DNA of 63,972 nucleotides, filler included, from Trypethelium eluteriae (Eukaryota): NCBI GenBank assembly GCA_051942245.1. It is 3 parts of 3 records of this genome, joined end to end, with 100 filler letters (N's around TTAATTAATTAA, not from the genome) between each part and the next. Parts side by side here need not be neighbours in the genome. Positions count along the whole stretch, not along the records: positions 22,208 to 44,269 come from JAVECL010000449.1; 2 more parts are not named here. One strand, 5' to 3'. Shown piece by piece: positions 24,792 to 36,476 of this stretch (position 1 is its first letter; each line of letters starts with the position of its first letter). The notes under the pieces were generated by a model. It saw only the letters and a program-made list of their open reading frames with translations, ran no database searches and was not told where the DNA came from. The position numbers and the translations under genes were made by a program.

Positions 24792-27774
24792 TCACATTAC
24801 CACGCAATCTGGTTCTTTATCACCACCCTCAAAATTCGTCTTCATATCTTCATCCATCTTTCCCCAATAAATGTGGTTCAGAAGCCCGGCACGCGGATTC
24901 TGGAATTCATCCGCCATGATTGTCAGACACTCTTCGTCACCCTCAGATAGAGCTAGATAGGCGAGGCCGAATCTCTTCTGCCGACTCCATTCCCTATCTG
25001 TCTCGTACGCGCGGACCCAGAGAGGATTTCTTGCTTGACGTAACTTCTCTTCGATTTGCATGAACAACATCATGAAACGTATGGTTACCCAGATCCAATT
25101 GATACCGGAAAGTGGAGGTGTGCCACTGATGTCACTGGAGATATCCCATTCGGTCAGGGTCAGAAGATTTAGGGCAGATACATCGATGTCGTCCCTCCTG
25201 TGGCTGGGCTTGCTGGTATGCTTGACTGCATTGGCCGCTTCACTGTAGTTTGCAGGCATTGGTCCGGATCTGTGGCCCTCGGGAGTGAGAGAAGCAAGCA
25301 GGGATTGTAACATTTCACTTGCGCCTTCGTCATTTTACAATGAACCAACGACCGACGACATGTTGAGCAGCAAGGTCTCGTCCATGCCTAAAAGCCCTCG
25401 CACGTTGTGCTAGATCCGTATCTTCCAGTCGGCTCCTTCCCGTGGTTGGATCAACAACTCTTTTTGTCTGGGCAAGTTGGAGCATACCCAGGGCGGACGT
25501 AGGAGAGATTTGAGCCTCGGGAATGCGGTCCGGGCTCCAGTCCGCGCTGCGATAAAGCAACAAATTCGACCTAGTCGTGAAGAAGCGATTTTTATTGAGC
25601 TCGAGAATCGCGTGGATGTCGGTACCTGAACGTGCGGCCGTTCGTCGAAAAGCTCGGCGTTGGAACGTCGCAAGACGGGAGCCAGTCTCGCTAATGTGCG
25701 CAAGCAAAGCTTGGCCAAAGTTTGAAGTTGGAATCTCGCCATCAGCAAAGTACGCTGTTTTGAACATCTCTACTAGAGCGGCATACAAGCCGATTGGTTG
25801 TGCAATATAGCCTTTCTGTACCAACATGTTGTGGATATGGACGAGTAGGATGGGCTCTGGAATGCGATCCCATACCAACATGCTTGTGCGGTATGCAAGC
25901 TCGAGACCCTCCATCAGGCCAACACCACAGAGAAAAGGAGAGAACTCCCGGAGGCCATTGCTGTTGCTGTTTGAGAATCGTGATGGAGGGATTGTTGTCA
26001 GACCATGCATGTACTTGGACTCTCCTAGCCAATCCCTGAAATCCTCCATGAGCATCTTGAGTAATTCGCCATGATCACGATGTCGGCTAGGGTCGCCATG
26101 AATCATTGCATCTTTCTCTAACAGCTGTACCAGGATATCCACAGCCTGCAGATAGCCGGAGCCCATCTTTTCATTTTCACTATCGAGGAACAAGTCGACA
26201 TCTCGCCTTGGACGGAAACCTGGAGCTGAGGTCTTCAAAATGTGGCCTCGAAGGCCACTGAGGGATCAGCCTCGGGAAACAGTGAGAGAATCGACGATAC
26301 ACTGGAGCTGAAAGACATGATGGGGGAAAATCCTCTCGCGGATATTTGTTCCGGGCTTCTGCATTGCCAGAGAGGTGATTACGCCAGCGAATTCATTCAG
26401 ACCAAAGAGTCTTCGATGTTGATTCCAGGGGCCTCCAATAGACCAATCCACTCTTTCGTAGGCGTGATTCTCACCACGCATGGTATTGCGTTGCACAACA
26501 ATCCCGGAGAAGAGGTTGACAAGGTCGTAGAGCCAATTTATTGTATACGAGCGACGCCACTGAATCCTCTGTTCCTTGGTAGCCCGCTGGAGGTTGAGAT
26601 AAGGATCCCAGTCGCGGATTTGAGATAACATGCGCTTCGTGGGTTTGCCACTACGAGTCTGCTGGAAATCGGTCAAAAAATCGAGTAAGTCTCGATAAGC
26701 GTATATCGAGAATTGCTCCATCACGTCTAGGTGCGTTTTATGAACAGCCTCAGTCTTGTCAGAGTTTGGTGCAACACTATGCAGTTCAATGCCGAAGTTA
26801 CTCTGCGCTTTCTCAGGATCCCCGCGTGTGATAGTCTGCATGATGGTTTCGAATGAATCATGGCCTGGAAAATCGAGAAAAATGGCTGTCTCTGTACGCT
26901 TAATCATCGTAATCGCCATGTTGGAGACGGCACCTGCGACGGCGCTGTTCAGCCCCACATATGCTATCTTGCGCCAGAGGCCTTGAATATGCGATCGGAG
27001 ATGAACCCATTCCCTGAAAAGGGCATAGACTGCCATAAGATAATCGGTAATAAGTCCGTCGTGATCTTCGATGATGCGGTAGCTTTCTAATGGCACTTTC
27101 GCCAAGGCATCTTCCTCAATGGCGGCGGGCTTTTGCGTCTTCTTGTTCTTCTTGGCCCGCTGACCGCGTTTGCCTTTCTTTCCTTTCACTGTCGATTTCT
27201 TTGGTCGAGGCTTTTGAGGGGCGGGTGCCGTCGGGAGAGCCTCATCTTCGTCGCTTGCCTCTTCTAGCTCTCCATTTCCATTTTCGTGGCTGCTGATATT
27301 GAGAGAAGCGAACTTGTTAGCGAATAGGACTTCCTCAATATTATCCGCCTCTTGGGCACTTGTTTTCTCAGTCTGATGACTTGACGTCCATGCCATGCCT
27401 CCTAGAGCTTCGAACGCCTTGGTCAAGGAATCAAGGAAGTGCTTATGAGAAGCATTGCTCTTTTCCAATTCCGGATCTGGGTTTCTGGCAACAGTCTCCT
27501 GAAACACCTTATAAGCAGCTGACCTTGCTTCAATGACCGACTGGAACAGACGGTATATGGTTGGCGGGACCGCTTTGAAATGCTTCGCTATAAGCTCGCA
27601 CATCGGGACCAGGCTCGACACTGTAGTTTGGCCATTGGTGTTGAGAGGTATTGGTGCATTTTCACGGTCAGTAGCCAACAACGACTTGATGATTGTGTTA
27701 GACGACTGAATCATCCAGTAAATGAGGTGCCTGGTGTCTCGCTTGTAGGCCAAATACGCGTTAACGGTCGCCAT
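24792..27774 (-). pseudogene. Disrupted ~990-codon fungal protein gene (DUF6604-like N-terminus)
   Basis: N-terminal YLAYKRDT..LIYW and N.SH.HF...L..AFEAL motifs. The three ORFs form one gene broken by an in-frame TGA (26266-26268), a +1 frameshift in a T4 run (25390-25393) and an in-frame TAA (25335-25337). Confidence 0.8.
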
Positions 27775-28235
27775 TGTGCATCAGTTTTGGGTGTGCGAGC
27801 CTAGCAAGGCAGGGCTGTTAGAGTTGTATGAAGTCTATCTTCGATTCACGTACTTTAAACGTAGATTCTTCCACGACAAAACGCGGCGCGGTGAGCGCAA
27901 TCCCTGTAGGCAGCAGGGCAAAGTGGTCCATGCTTTTCTGAACCCTACCTTACTCTACACGAGGTTTGAAGAATCCAGAGATTCGCCACCCACGTGTTTG
28001 ACATTGGAGGGTCCCACAATGTGTCGAACTGAAATTAAGGGGTACTTCCCCTGTCCTTCGGATTCTATAGGAGATCTCAAGGGCCTCCTAACAACAAATT
28101 TTCCGAGACCTTTCGTCCTCAAGCTATGCACAGGTGTGTAGAAACGGTAGTTGCTCCTTTCATGCCGCAGTTCTCATCTTCGTGCCACAGTTTGTATGAG
28201 TAGAATCCCAGCAAGAACTAGCACTTCATGTTGGT

Positions 28236-29003
28236 TTATTGTGCAGCCAGCGTGCGACTCATGAAGTCAACGAGATCATCAATTCCTTGCGGCTCATGTA
28301 CCCAATGTCCTCCGGTGTGGTACTCTTGCCAGGTCACTTGCATGCCCAAGTCTTGCAAACATTTTCTCATGACCGTACTGTGTTGAATCGGAACCACATC
28401 ATCGTCTTGTGAACGCGCAACAAAGATCGGCGTTGCAAGAGCTTCCAGCGCGGCATCAGCAGCCGCTTCATCAAGGCAGGATCTGAGCTTGTGTAACTCA
28501 GTCAATTTGTTTGGTGCCTCAGAAAACTCGTTGACGTAAGGCATCCAGCCGCACATTCCAACGAATCCACCAAGCATTCGACTACCGCATAACAAGGTAG
28601 AGATAGCTGTCGCACAACCTTGACTGATTCCACAAAGGATAATGCGGGATGGCGCAACAAGCTTTGATTCGACATCAATCACCCGTCGAATAAGCGCTAT
28701 GCTACTTCGAAGTCCATCTAGCTGGATTTGTCTTTCTGCGTGAGGGTCTTCCGTAGACCACATGTCGAACCATTGGGAGATTTCTTCCCCGAAACGCATG
28801 GATGGCCGGACCTGGGACTTTGGGAAGATCCATCGGAATTGTGGAAAAATCTGCCTTAGGTATCGTCCATCCGAAGCTTGGCTTTCAAAAAGCTCTTGCT
28901 CAAACTGCTCTGCGGTGCTATCTCGTCCATGGAGGAAAATGACTGTATGGGTGTGGCTATCGGACGGGGAAATCGTGTGGCAACTGCAACTAAAAGAATC
29001 CAT
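28236..29003 (-). CDS. Phospholipase/carboxylesterase (acyl-protein thioesterase-like alpha/beta hydrolase)
   Basis: HTHTVIFLHGR, WFDMWS, nucleophile GISQG, DDDVVP, GGHW: complete Ser-Asp-His triad. Confidence 0.92.
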   Translation of the reverse strand: MDSFSCSCHTISPSDSHTHTVIFLHGRDSTAEQFEQELFESQASDGRYLRQIFPQFRWIFPKSQVRPSMRFGEEISQWFDMWSTEDPHAERQIQLDGLRSSIALIRRVIDVESKLVAPSRIILCGISQGCATAISTLLCGSRMLGGFVGMCGWMPYVNEFSEAPNKLTELHKLRSCLDEAAADAALEALATPIFVARSQDDDVVPIQHSTVMRKCLQDLGMQVTWQEYHTGGHWVHEPQGIDDLVDFMSRTLAAQ

Positions 29004-29977
29004 GCTTTTGGCGACATTCTGTTCTTTGACTTTCGCTTCTCAGGGAAGACGTGTTTTGCAAAAGTAAAGCAGCATTTTGCTGTACCCATGGATCTTTTGG
29101 CTGGCGTATTGTGTTAGAGGAAGTTGCGACTTAGGACTTTGGGGTGGAACTGCGTTCCATGGGCGAAGCTACCTTAATCGTACTGGTGCATATAGCTCCT
29201 GCCATCTGCTCTTTCTACAGATGCAAAATCTTACTATCTACTTCAATTCAGTTCAATCTCAGCATGTTAGCCAATCAGAGCCTCGATACACATCCAGAAA
29301 GTCACATAGGACAAGAGTCGTGTATCCGAAAACTCGGCTAATTCCGAGTTTCAATCTGTTGGGCCCAGAGTGCCAACGTTTCGGCGCGCAAATTACCGAA
29401 CGTACTGTAGCAGCATGCCTACAGCCCACCTATAAGAGGTCTTACTAGATGGGGTAAAGAGCTGTTGAACCGCAGGAGGTTTTATCCAGGTACCGACATG
29501 CCCGTTTGTTGATCATGCCTGCAAAAGCATCAACACCGTAGGGTGATGATTCAAGGACAGAGATGCTGGGAGAGGTGGTCCTTCCAGAAATTTGGAGTCG
29601 TTTCTTCAGGAGAGAGAACTATTTGCAAAGATTGAATTGGCTCTGAACGACTTGCCGCTATTATACGGCTTCTGTTTCGGCTACGGAGTAGTGCTCTGCA
29701 GAGCACGGGTCATTATTCAGCCGCAGTCCTCCGGACGTACCATGCGTACGCAGATTCGGCTAGTTAGACGGTTGGCGGCAGCAGATTAACCTAACTTATA
29801 ATAGTTCGTGTATCTCTCACCAACTTGCTCTTACATCCGTGACTTGACACCCTCATACTCTAACCCTGCCCTACTGAAGTCCATGGTGGGGCTCTCAGCC
29901 GACAGTGTGAAGAGAAGTGACTACTTGCTTAAGTTACTGGATCTACTATGTTTTCAACGTTTCAAATTCAATCGCCG

Positions 29978-32900
29978 CTATCTAGTAACGGTCCCACATC
30001 TAGCTTTAAGAGGGCCAGCGAGCTGCGTTCTATCAATGGCTGATTCGAACGCAAAGGCCTGACTCCCAATCTCCAGACCCGCATTGATAAGATCCAGCAT
30101 TGCCTCACAGTCGAACACTCCTGATGTGTCATGCTCAAAGGCGTACTCAGCGAGCATGGTGAAGCGGTCTGAACTCCCATTTGTGGCGCTCCTGTCCAAG
30201 TCGCGCCCATAATCAATCTCCACGAGCTTAGGCGCCTACCAAAATAATTCAGTGAATATTGCATGACCGCAAATACTGTGAAGGATGACCTTACATTGCA
30301 AAAAGTCCACTGGCGAGAACCCGGGTAGGTCTTTTCGTAGCAAGACTTCTCGGCCGCCGAACTGTTCGTGACCAGTGCAATCGCATTTATCATAGCATTG
30401 CGAAGCTCCGTACTATCATATCGAGACCTCGGAACTCCAACAGCTAGAAGATCCGCCGACGGCTGGGCTGCACCTGCTGCGGCCGTCGCGTCGTAGTACG
30501 CGATAGGTCCGATCGATGCGCTGGAGCTCTGACAGCCCATGGTCAACCCTGGGCCACCCGGAGTAGGACATAAGGAGGCTAGAGCGTCAGAAACTGACGT
30601 ATAAAGGGCTGTACCAGTTAGCTGTCCGACATTGACGAATGAACTGTCGACCGTAGCTGATGCGGTAGGCGCTGGAGTCGTGTGTACTAGTGGCCGCGAG
30701 CTCACAGCTGTACTTGTATTAGACGGAGATCCACAAGAATTGTCGTCGTTGTCGTCTCGTTTTCGATGTCGTCCGGCCCTGGCATCCGCAGGGTGATAGT
30801 AATCTCTCTGAAAGATAAGCCGATCCTCGTACCACATTCTCCATGCTCCTATAAGAGGCAGATTGTTATCGAAACAAGACATGTTATTGCCATCGACAAC
30901 ATTGAAGTCTTCTTGGTCCATTTCAACAATTGCGCGTCCCGCAAAGCCGGTCGCCCGTCCTGGCAGTAGTTCATCCACCTCTGTGTCGTTTTCATTCGAG
31001 GACCTATCATAACCTATCACCTGAGGCGGCTCCGAACTGGGGACCAGCTCCGCCAAGGCCTCTGAAAGCTTCTTGATTCGTTCCTCATATCGCAAGTCTG
31101 TGAGAATGTCTTCGAATACTCTTTCGCTTCGCATAGTTAAAGGGGTGAAAATAAATATGACTGGATCGTACGTCACATTCAGCATCTGGCCGGGATCTGC
31201 GAGCTCCTCCAATCCAGCGGTCATCGAAGCTTGGTCTCCAAAACTGAGAGATTCGAAAGTGTAGAACCAGAAATCCTCATCCGTTGCCTCCTCATCATTC
31301 GGGTCTATGAAGGCGGGATCCTCCCAAATATGGGCAGCGAAGATGCCCTTCGAGGATACGACTATGACGGCGGTACATCCGTATACACCTTTAATTCCAA
31401 CAACACTGGATGCGGGTGAGGACCCGAAGCTCCAGTCTCTCATGGTCGTAAAGCCTTCGTCGCCATGAGGAACCCATTGATTATGTTCAGTGATAGATGC
31501 TGATAATTCAGCAACATGTCTTCGCGGATCCGCCACGCCCTGGAGATGCCGCTTTTGTGTGTTTTTTGCAAGGTTTCGCGGACTGCTTGTCGGACGAACT
31601 TCTCGAAGGGCGTTTTTGTTAAATGAGAAAGTCGACACTACACCCCGCGCAGAGGTTGGTACAGTATGAGCGGTTCTTGTCGTAAGTGTGTCTCTCGGGG
31701 GAGAAATGCCTACCAGCGTTGGAGTCTTGACCAAAGCACTCCGATTCGGAGACAGCGAAAGAGAAGGTCTGGGGCAAGCGACTCCGCAGGTTTTCGGTTT
31801 ACATCGTATTATGTCATTCAAGGTATGGTTGTCTGAGGTATAATTCCCCATGGTTTGATTGCTCAGGGCTCGAGTCTCCAAAAAGAAATAATTCTTGTCA
31901 GATGGTCCAGTTGATTTGGAGGCTGAGTGACTGAGAACGGCTTGAGCTGGAGGGAGCGCATATTTGGGTATGGAAATGGATGGGCAAGAGGTGTCGTCTC
32001 GTTTGCGGTTAGGTAGACGGTAAGCATAACCTTGTTCAAATTCTAACCTGTCCTCGACCCACAATCTCCATGATCCTCGAATCGAAGAGCCACAGGAACG
32101 AAGTCCTCCCCGAGTATCCACACGTTCTTGATCTACTTCTACAATGGCTTTCCCATTCTCGAGAAGATCGTCTTCCGAAGCGCGCTGGTTCGTTCTACTG
32201 TATCCTATGATACGAGGAGCCTCCCGACTACGAATGCTCTGTGCCAAGAGGTTAGCGAGAGTATTACATTGCTCCTCAAATCGCAACGCCGTTTCGACGC
32301 CTAGATAATCTCTCTCACGCTCTGTGGGTATCGGCGTAATGATAAATATGACTGGCTTCATTTGGGCGTGCAGCATCCCCCCTGGTCCCGTAAGGGTACT
32401 GAATCCAACACTTCGTCCGGTTGTGTCACGAGGATTTCCATTGCTAAGGACATTAAAGGCTTGCGCTCGGAGTATCTCGTTAGATGTAGGCTCATAAAGC
32501 CTGTTTTGGAACGCAGGGATTTCCCAGATATGCGAGATGAAAGCCCCTGCATTTGATGCAATTATAACGGAGGTACAGCCCCACATGCCTTTGACGCCAG
32601 AAGCAGTAGCATACCGATCCATTTGACTGTCATACTGAATAGCTCGCGTTGTAGTGCCGACATGACCACGAATGAGTTGGACCCACTGCTGTTCCATGGT
32701 TATAATCCTAGATAGCAAAGCGACATAAGCTCCTCGATCAGTAGGATCCTCCATTAGATACCGCCGTTTCAGTTGGCCTTTTATTCCAGGCGAATCGCTG
32801 ATCATGTTCTGACCAATGGGGATAGCTGGACTTGTAGTCTTACCGTCTATCCCAGCGCTAGTGTTTCCAGATGCTGGAGTATGCAGAGCCGTGCATGCTG

Positions 32901-33123
32901 TACCACAAGTCTCTGGCATACATAGCTCATCAGGGCTCAAGGTTTGATTTTTGAAGGTCTGATTGCCTAACACTTGACTTTCCCGGGAGAGTGCGGCAGT
33001 GGGTATTGAACTAGGTGGCAGGATAGTAGAAATGTCCTTAGGACTATAGGTAAAGCAAAACGAGAGTCTCGGAAAGGAGATAAGTGTAACTGTCAATATG
33101 TTGTAAAGAAGCAGAAAAGCCAT
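29978..33123 (-). CDS. Secreted ~1028-aa multidomain protein: two tandem Cys-His (CNF1-like putative deamidase) domains plus a Cys-containing C-terminal domain; exons 33123-30295, 30235-29978
   Basis: Signal-like MAFLLLYNILTVTLISFPRLSFC from ATG 33123 (an upstream in-frame ATG at 33246 is also possible). Internal duplication offset by exactly 1200 nt at the Cys/His codons. A GTAAGG...TAG intron (30294-30236) joins WTFCN to APKLVEIDY in phase. Confidence 0.8.
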
Positions 33124-36100
33124 TTCAGAGACATATGAAAGTCGGTGGAGCGTAAAGAACAGCACCACGACTACGAAGGTAAATTTCGAGCCGCATCGTA
33201 GAAGATAAAGCAAGGAAATATAAGCAGGATCACCTTCCCGCATCATCCGGTGGTATGAATCTCATACATCTGCAAACACGTGTTCGCAGCCCCTACCAGC
33301 GACCTCAATCTCCAGGGGTCGCCAGTCGATGACGGGAAAGGCATTATGTGGTAGTCCGATAGGAGCGCGGTGTCCGTGATGGAGCAAGGCGCAATGTCTA
33401 GTTATACCTGATTGCGAGACTCCCAAGCTTGTGAGACTTTCTGAAAGGGACTTGGAACCCACTGAAAGTGCCAGGGGGGCAGTCGAGCGTGTCCGTACGC
33501 TGGTGCGGCAAGATTTGTGGGGGCTACCTGAACACTTTCTTATTACTGTAGAAAGACACTGCTGGACATCTCCGTGTCTTGTCGGCCGTAAAGAATCTGT
33601 TACTCTAGAGAAAACTAGCAGACTACCACGTGGCCAAAAGTGGCCTATGATGGAAGCAAAATCAAAGGTGAAGTACTGAGAGAGTCATCAACCTCGTGAT
33701 AGGAATAGGAGACGGATGAAGTAGGAGGCGGCATCTCGATTAAGAGAGTGCGGCTGAATACACATTTGGAACAACCAGAGAGCCTCAAGAATTATTCCCG
33801 TACGTGAGGCTCGATCAGCAAACTTCGACAGATGCCGTAAAGATCAGGTGTTTCCAGAATCTCAGTAGTACCGGTATACTCCGCAAATCGGAGTTTTGGC
33901 TGGGTCCGGTAGCATGGTATGGGTTACAAGGTATCTCACACCACCTCGGAGCGTCCGAGGTCTGGATTTGCAGGGATTTATCTCCATCTGGTTTTCGTCA
34001 ATGAATCGTCGCTTTGAGATGTTATGCTCTTTATTATTGCGTGCAGTTTCCACAAGCTAAAGTTTGTGTTTGTCCCAGACATACACCGACCAATCGAGCA
34101 AGATGAATCCCCCTCAATTCGACATTAGCCCTTGTACGTCTCAATTATCACACGATACATATCGTACCTATCATGTGGTGGCGCAGCAAGGTAGCCGTGG
34201 AGAATCTCGTAACAGTCTTCCCTTCAAAGAGCATTCGAGGCCTGATTTACTTTACGCTAAACTTGGGTTAGGAACTTTTGGTTGCATACAGTATAAACAT
34301 GGTCAAATTGCCACGGTCGGTGTAACAAAGTATCATTTCGCTAGGATGTCCGTTGTCGCTTTGTGCATGGCCAAACTCGGAAGGCTCCGTGTGAAGTAGT
34401 TGCAGGACTCACGCTCTAGCCTCATTGAATAGCTTGGCTTTCTAATCAGGTTAGTCAACCAAGTTTAATTCAGACTAAATCATAGAGAAGTATGATTTTG
34501 GCAAGTTGATTAGGTTTTTTTGGCTAGCTCGAGCTGACCAGAAGGATACCACCGAGACACACATTAGCGCGAATTGTTTAATTCGACGAATACTCTCCTT
34601 GCTACCTGAGAGCTTTCTCCAGTCACGTTTGCATTACCGAATACCCAAGAGGAGAGGAGCTGACTCACAGTATTCCGCGTAATTATGGTCATTGGAGCAG
34701 CTACAGGAAGCGAACGGCACGCATTCCAAGCCTAACTGAACCTGAGCTCGCCATCCAGCACGGCTGTGCCGACTCTCGCCGCAAGCCTACTGAAAAGGAG
34801 GAGGCGCAGCAATCGTTCTCTGCATACTCCCACAGGTTCGTCGCTACCCGCGCGTTCGGGTAAGCGAACGGCGGTCCCTCGATAGGATTTTTACTGATCT
34901 TCAGCTGGTATCCCCACAGCATCAGGACGCACATATTGCCATTACTGCAAGACTTTTTCCCGATGGACCGCTTTTGGAAATATGGATACTGCAACAATGG
35001 CGGGGATGCGAATCTTGGGGGAGGAACCGGCGGGTCATGCGGGATCGTGACGGCGGAGCGGAGCCGAATGTGGGAGAGTGCTTGGGACATCGCTGCAGAG
35101 GTAGTGCTACCAGCGTTGACGATCTCGCTGCTGCGGAGGTCAGGCTGTGCCCAAAGATAGCGGATCGCATTGCGCGCTGCGTTCAGCAGCTGGGTGCGTG
35201 TGCCTGTGCGCTCGAAGGAAATCTCCGTTTGGGTAGGGCTCGACCGACCGCTCTAAGTTCAGTAGAGATCGCTTCCCCACAGTGCAAGCGATGGGCCAGA
35301 ATGATGGAGATGGGCTTGCCGTGCTCACGCCATGCAAAACCACACTCGAATTTTGGGTCTTCAATGGTTTTTGCTGCTGGGGGCGGGCACTGCAGAACCA
35401 AAGGAAAGTCGAACGATCATTCAATCATGGTCGCGGATCCCTGCCTTGAAGAGGTCTTGTTGAAACAGCAGAGTGGCAACAGGTTTGAGCTATCTACTTG
35501 AGAGAATTTGGACAAGAGTGTACACGAAGGACTGGTAGCCCAACATAGATGCACTGTCTAGGTAGCATTGGAGTTCGGGGACAAAGCTGGGTTCAATGTG
35601 CATTGGGTTGTGTTGACGACGAGGATGGAATGTCGGTAATTAGAGAATCTCGTGGTAACTCATCTGACAAGAGGCAGATTAGCTCATAACTATGAAGGGC
35701 CAGATGACGGTTTGAGTTGCCTGCAGAAAACATTCTCATCCTCTGTTGACGCCGCAGTGGAGACGCGAGAACACGTACCTCGTCTATTGATGCAGTGCGT
35801 CCGAGGTCGCGAATCACAGAGAGCGGTGAAGTCGGTAGTGTTAGCTCCTGCTGACGCAATGCTGCAGACGGGTCTGCAACAGGGATGGTGGCGGGTGGAG
35901 TTGCGGTTTTGCACTTCGGGCCGTTACCGGCGTTCGCCGACTCTATCTCCTAAAGGTACATCTTCATGGCACCGCCTCCGCTCCTCCTGCAAATGTTCCC
36001 GCTTCGGATGCAGGAGGTGCTGGGGATGGCGCCATGCTTGGGTTCAGAGCCTCAACCCTAACCAGACTTCCTCGCCTGGTACTATGTCGCGGCCTGAGCC

Positions 36101-36476
36101 AGGGACGCTGGAATCTAGGTGATGGACACCAATTAATTCAACGTAGATTTAAGGTTTATGGGAGACCATCCTAAACCCTAATTGATTAAAGAAAAAAAAA
36201 AAATCTGGTGATCTCCAATGCCCCGTTCCGCCGAGTTCGCCGCATCGGAAAGCCTGATCCCAGTGCCCCCGGCCGGCGCCGTCGCTCTATGGCATGACCC
36301 AAATCCCAAAAGCCCGCCTAGGCCTGCAATGTCTTTCAACCTGCGCCAAAAGCAACCTCTCATGCTGTGATCTGAGCTTTCATTGCAAAACTTTTGGTGA
36401 CAATGAGGTACCTGAGAAACCGCCATCCGACTGATGCCAAGCAAAAGAAATTCGTACCCTAGCTCCAAACTCCTCC

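Noticed and set aside
10353..26268. UGA reassigned to Trp (in-frame TGA at 10353, 13071, 26266)
   Set aside because: Intact genes here (bZIP, Yae1, Dpb2, Rrt8-like) terminate at TGA and use TGG for Trp; two of the affected genes also carry frameshifts or further stops.
9854..33123. Starship or other transposon carrying the accessory genes; RIP as cause of the lesions
   Set aside because: No DUF3435 recombinase, transposase, terminal repeats or AT-rich TpA-enriched tracts seen; the lesions are few and mostly not in CpA/TpG context.
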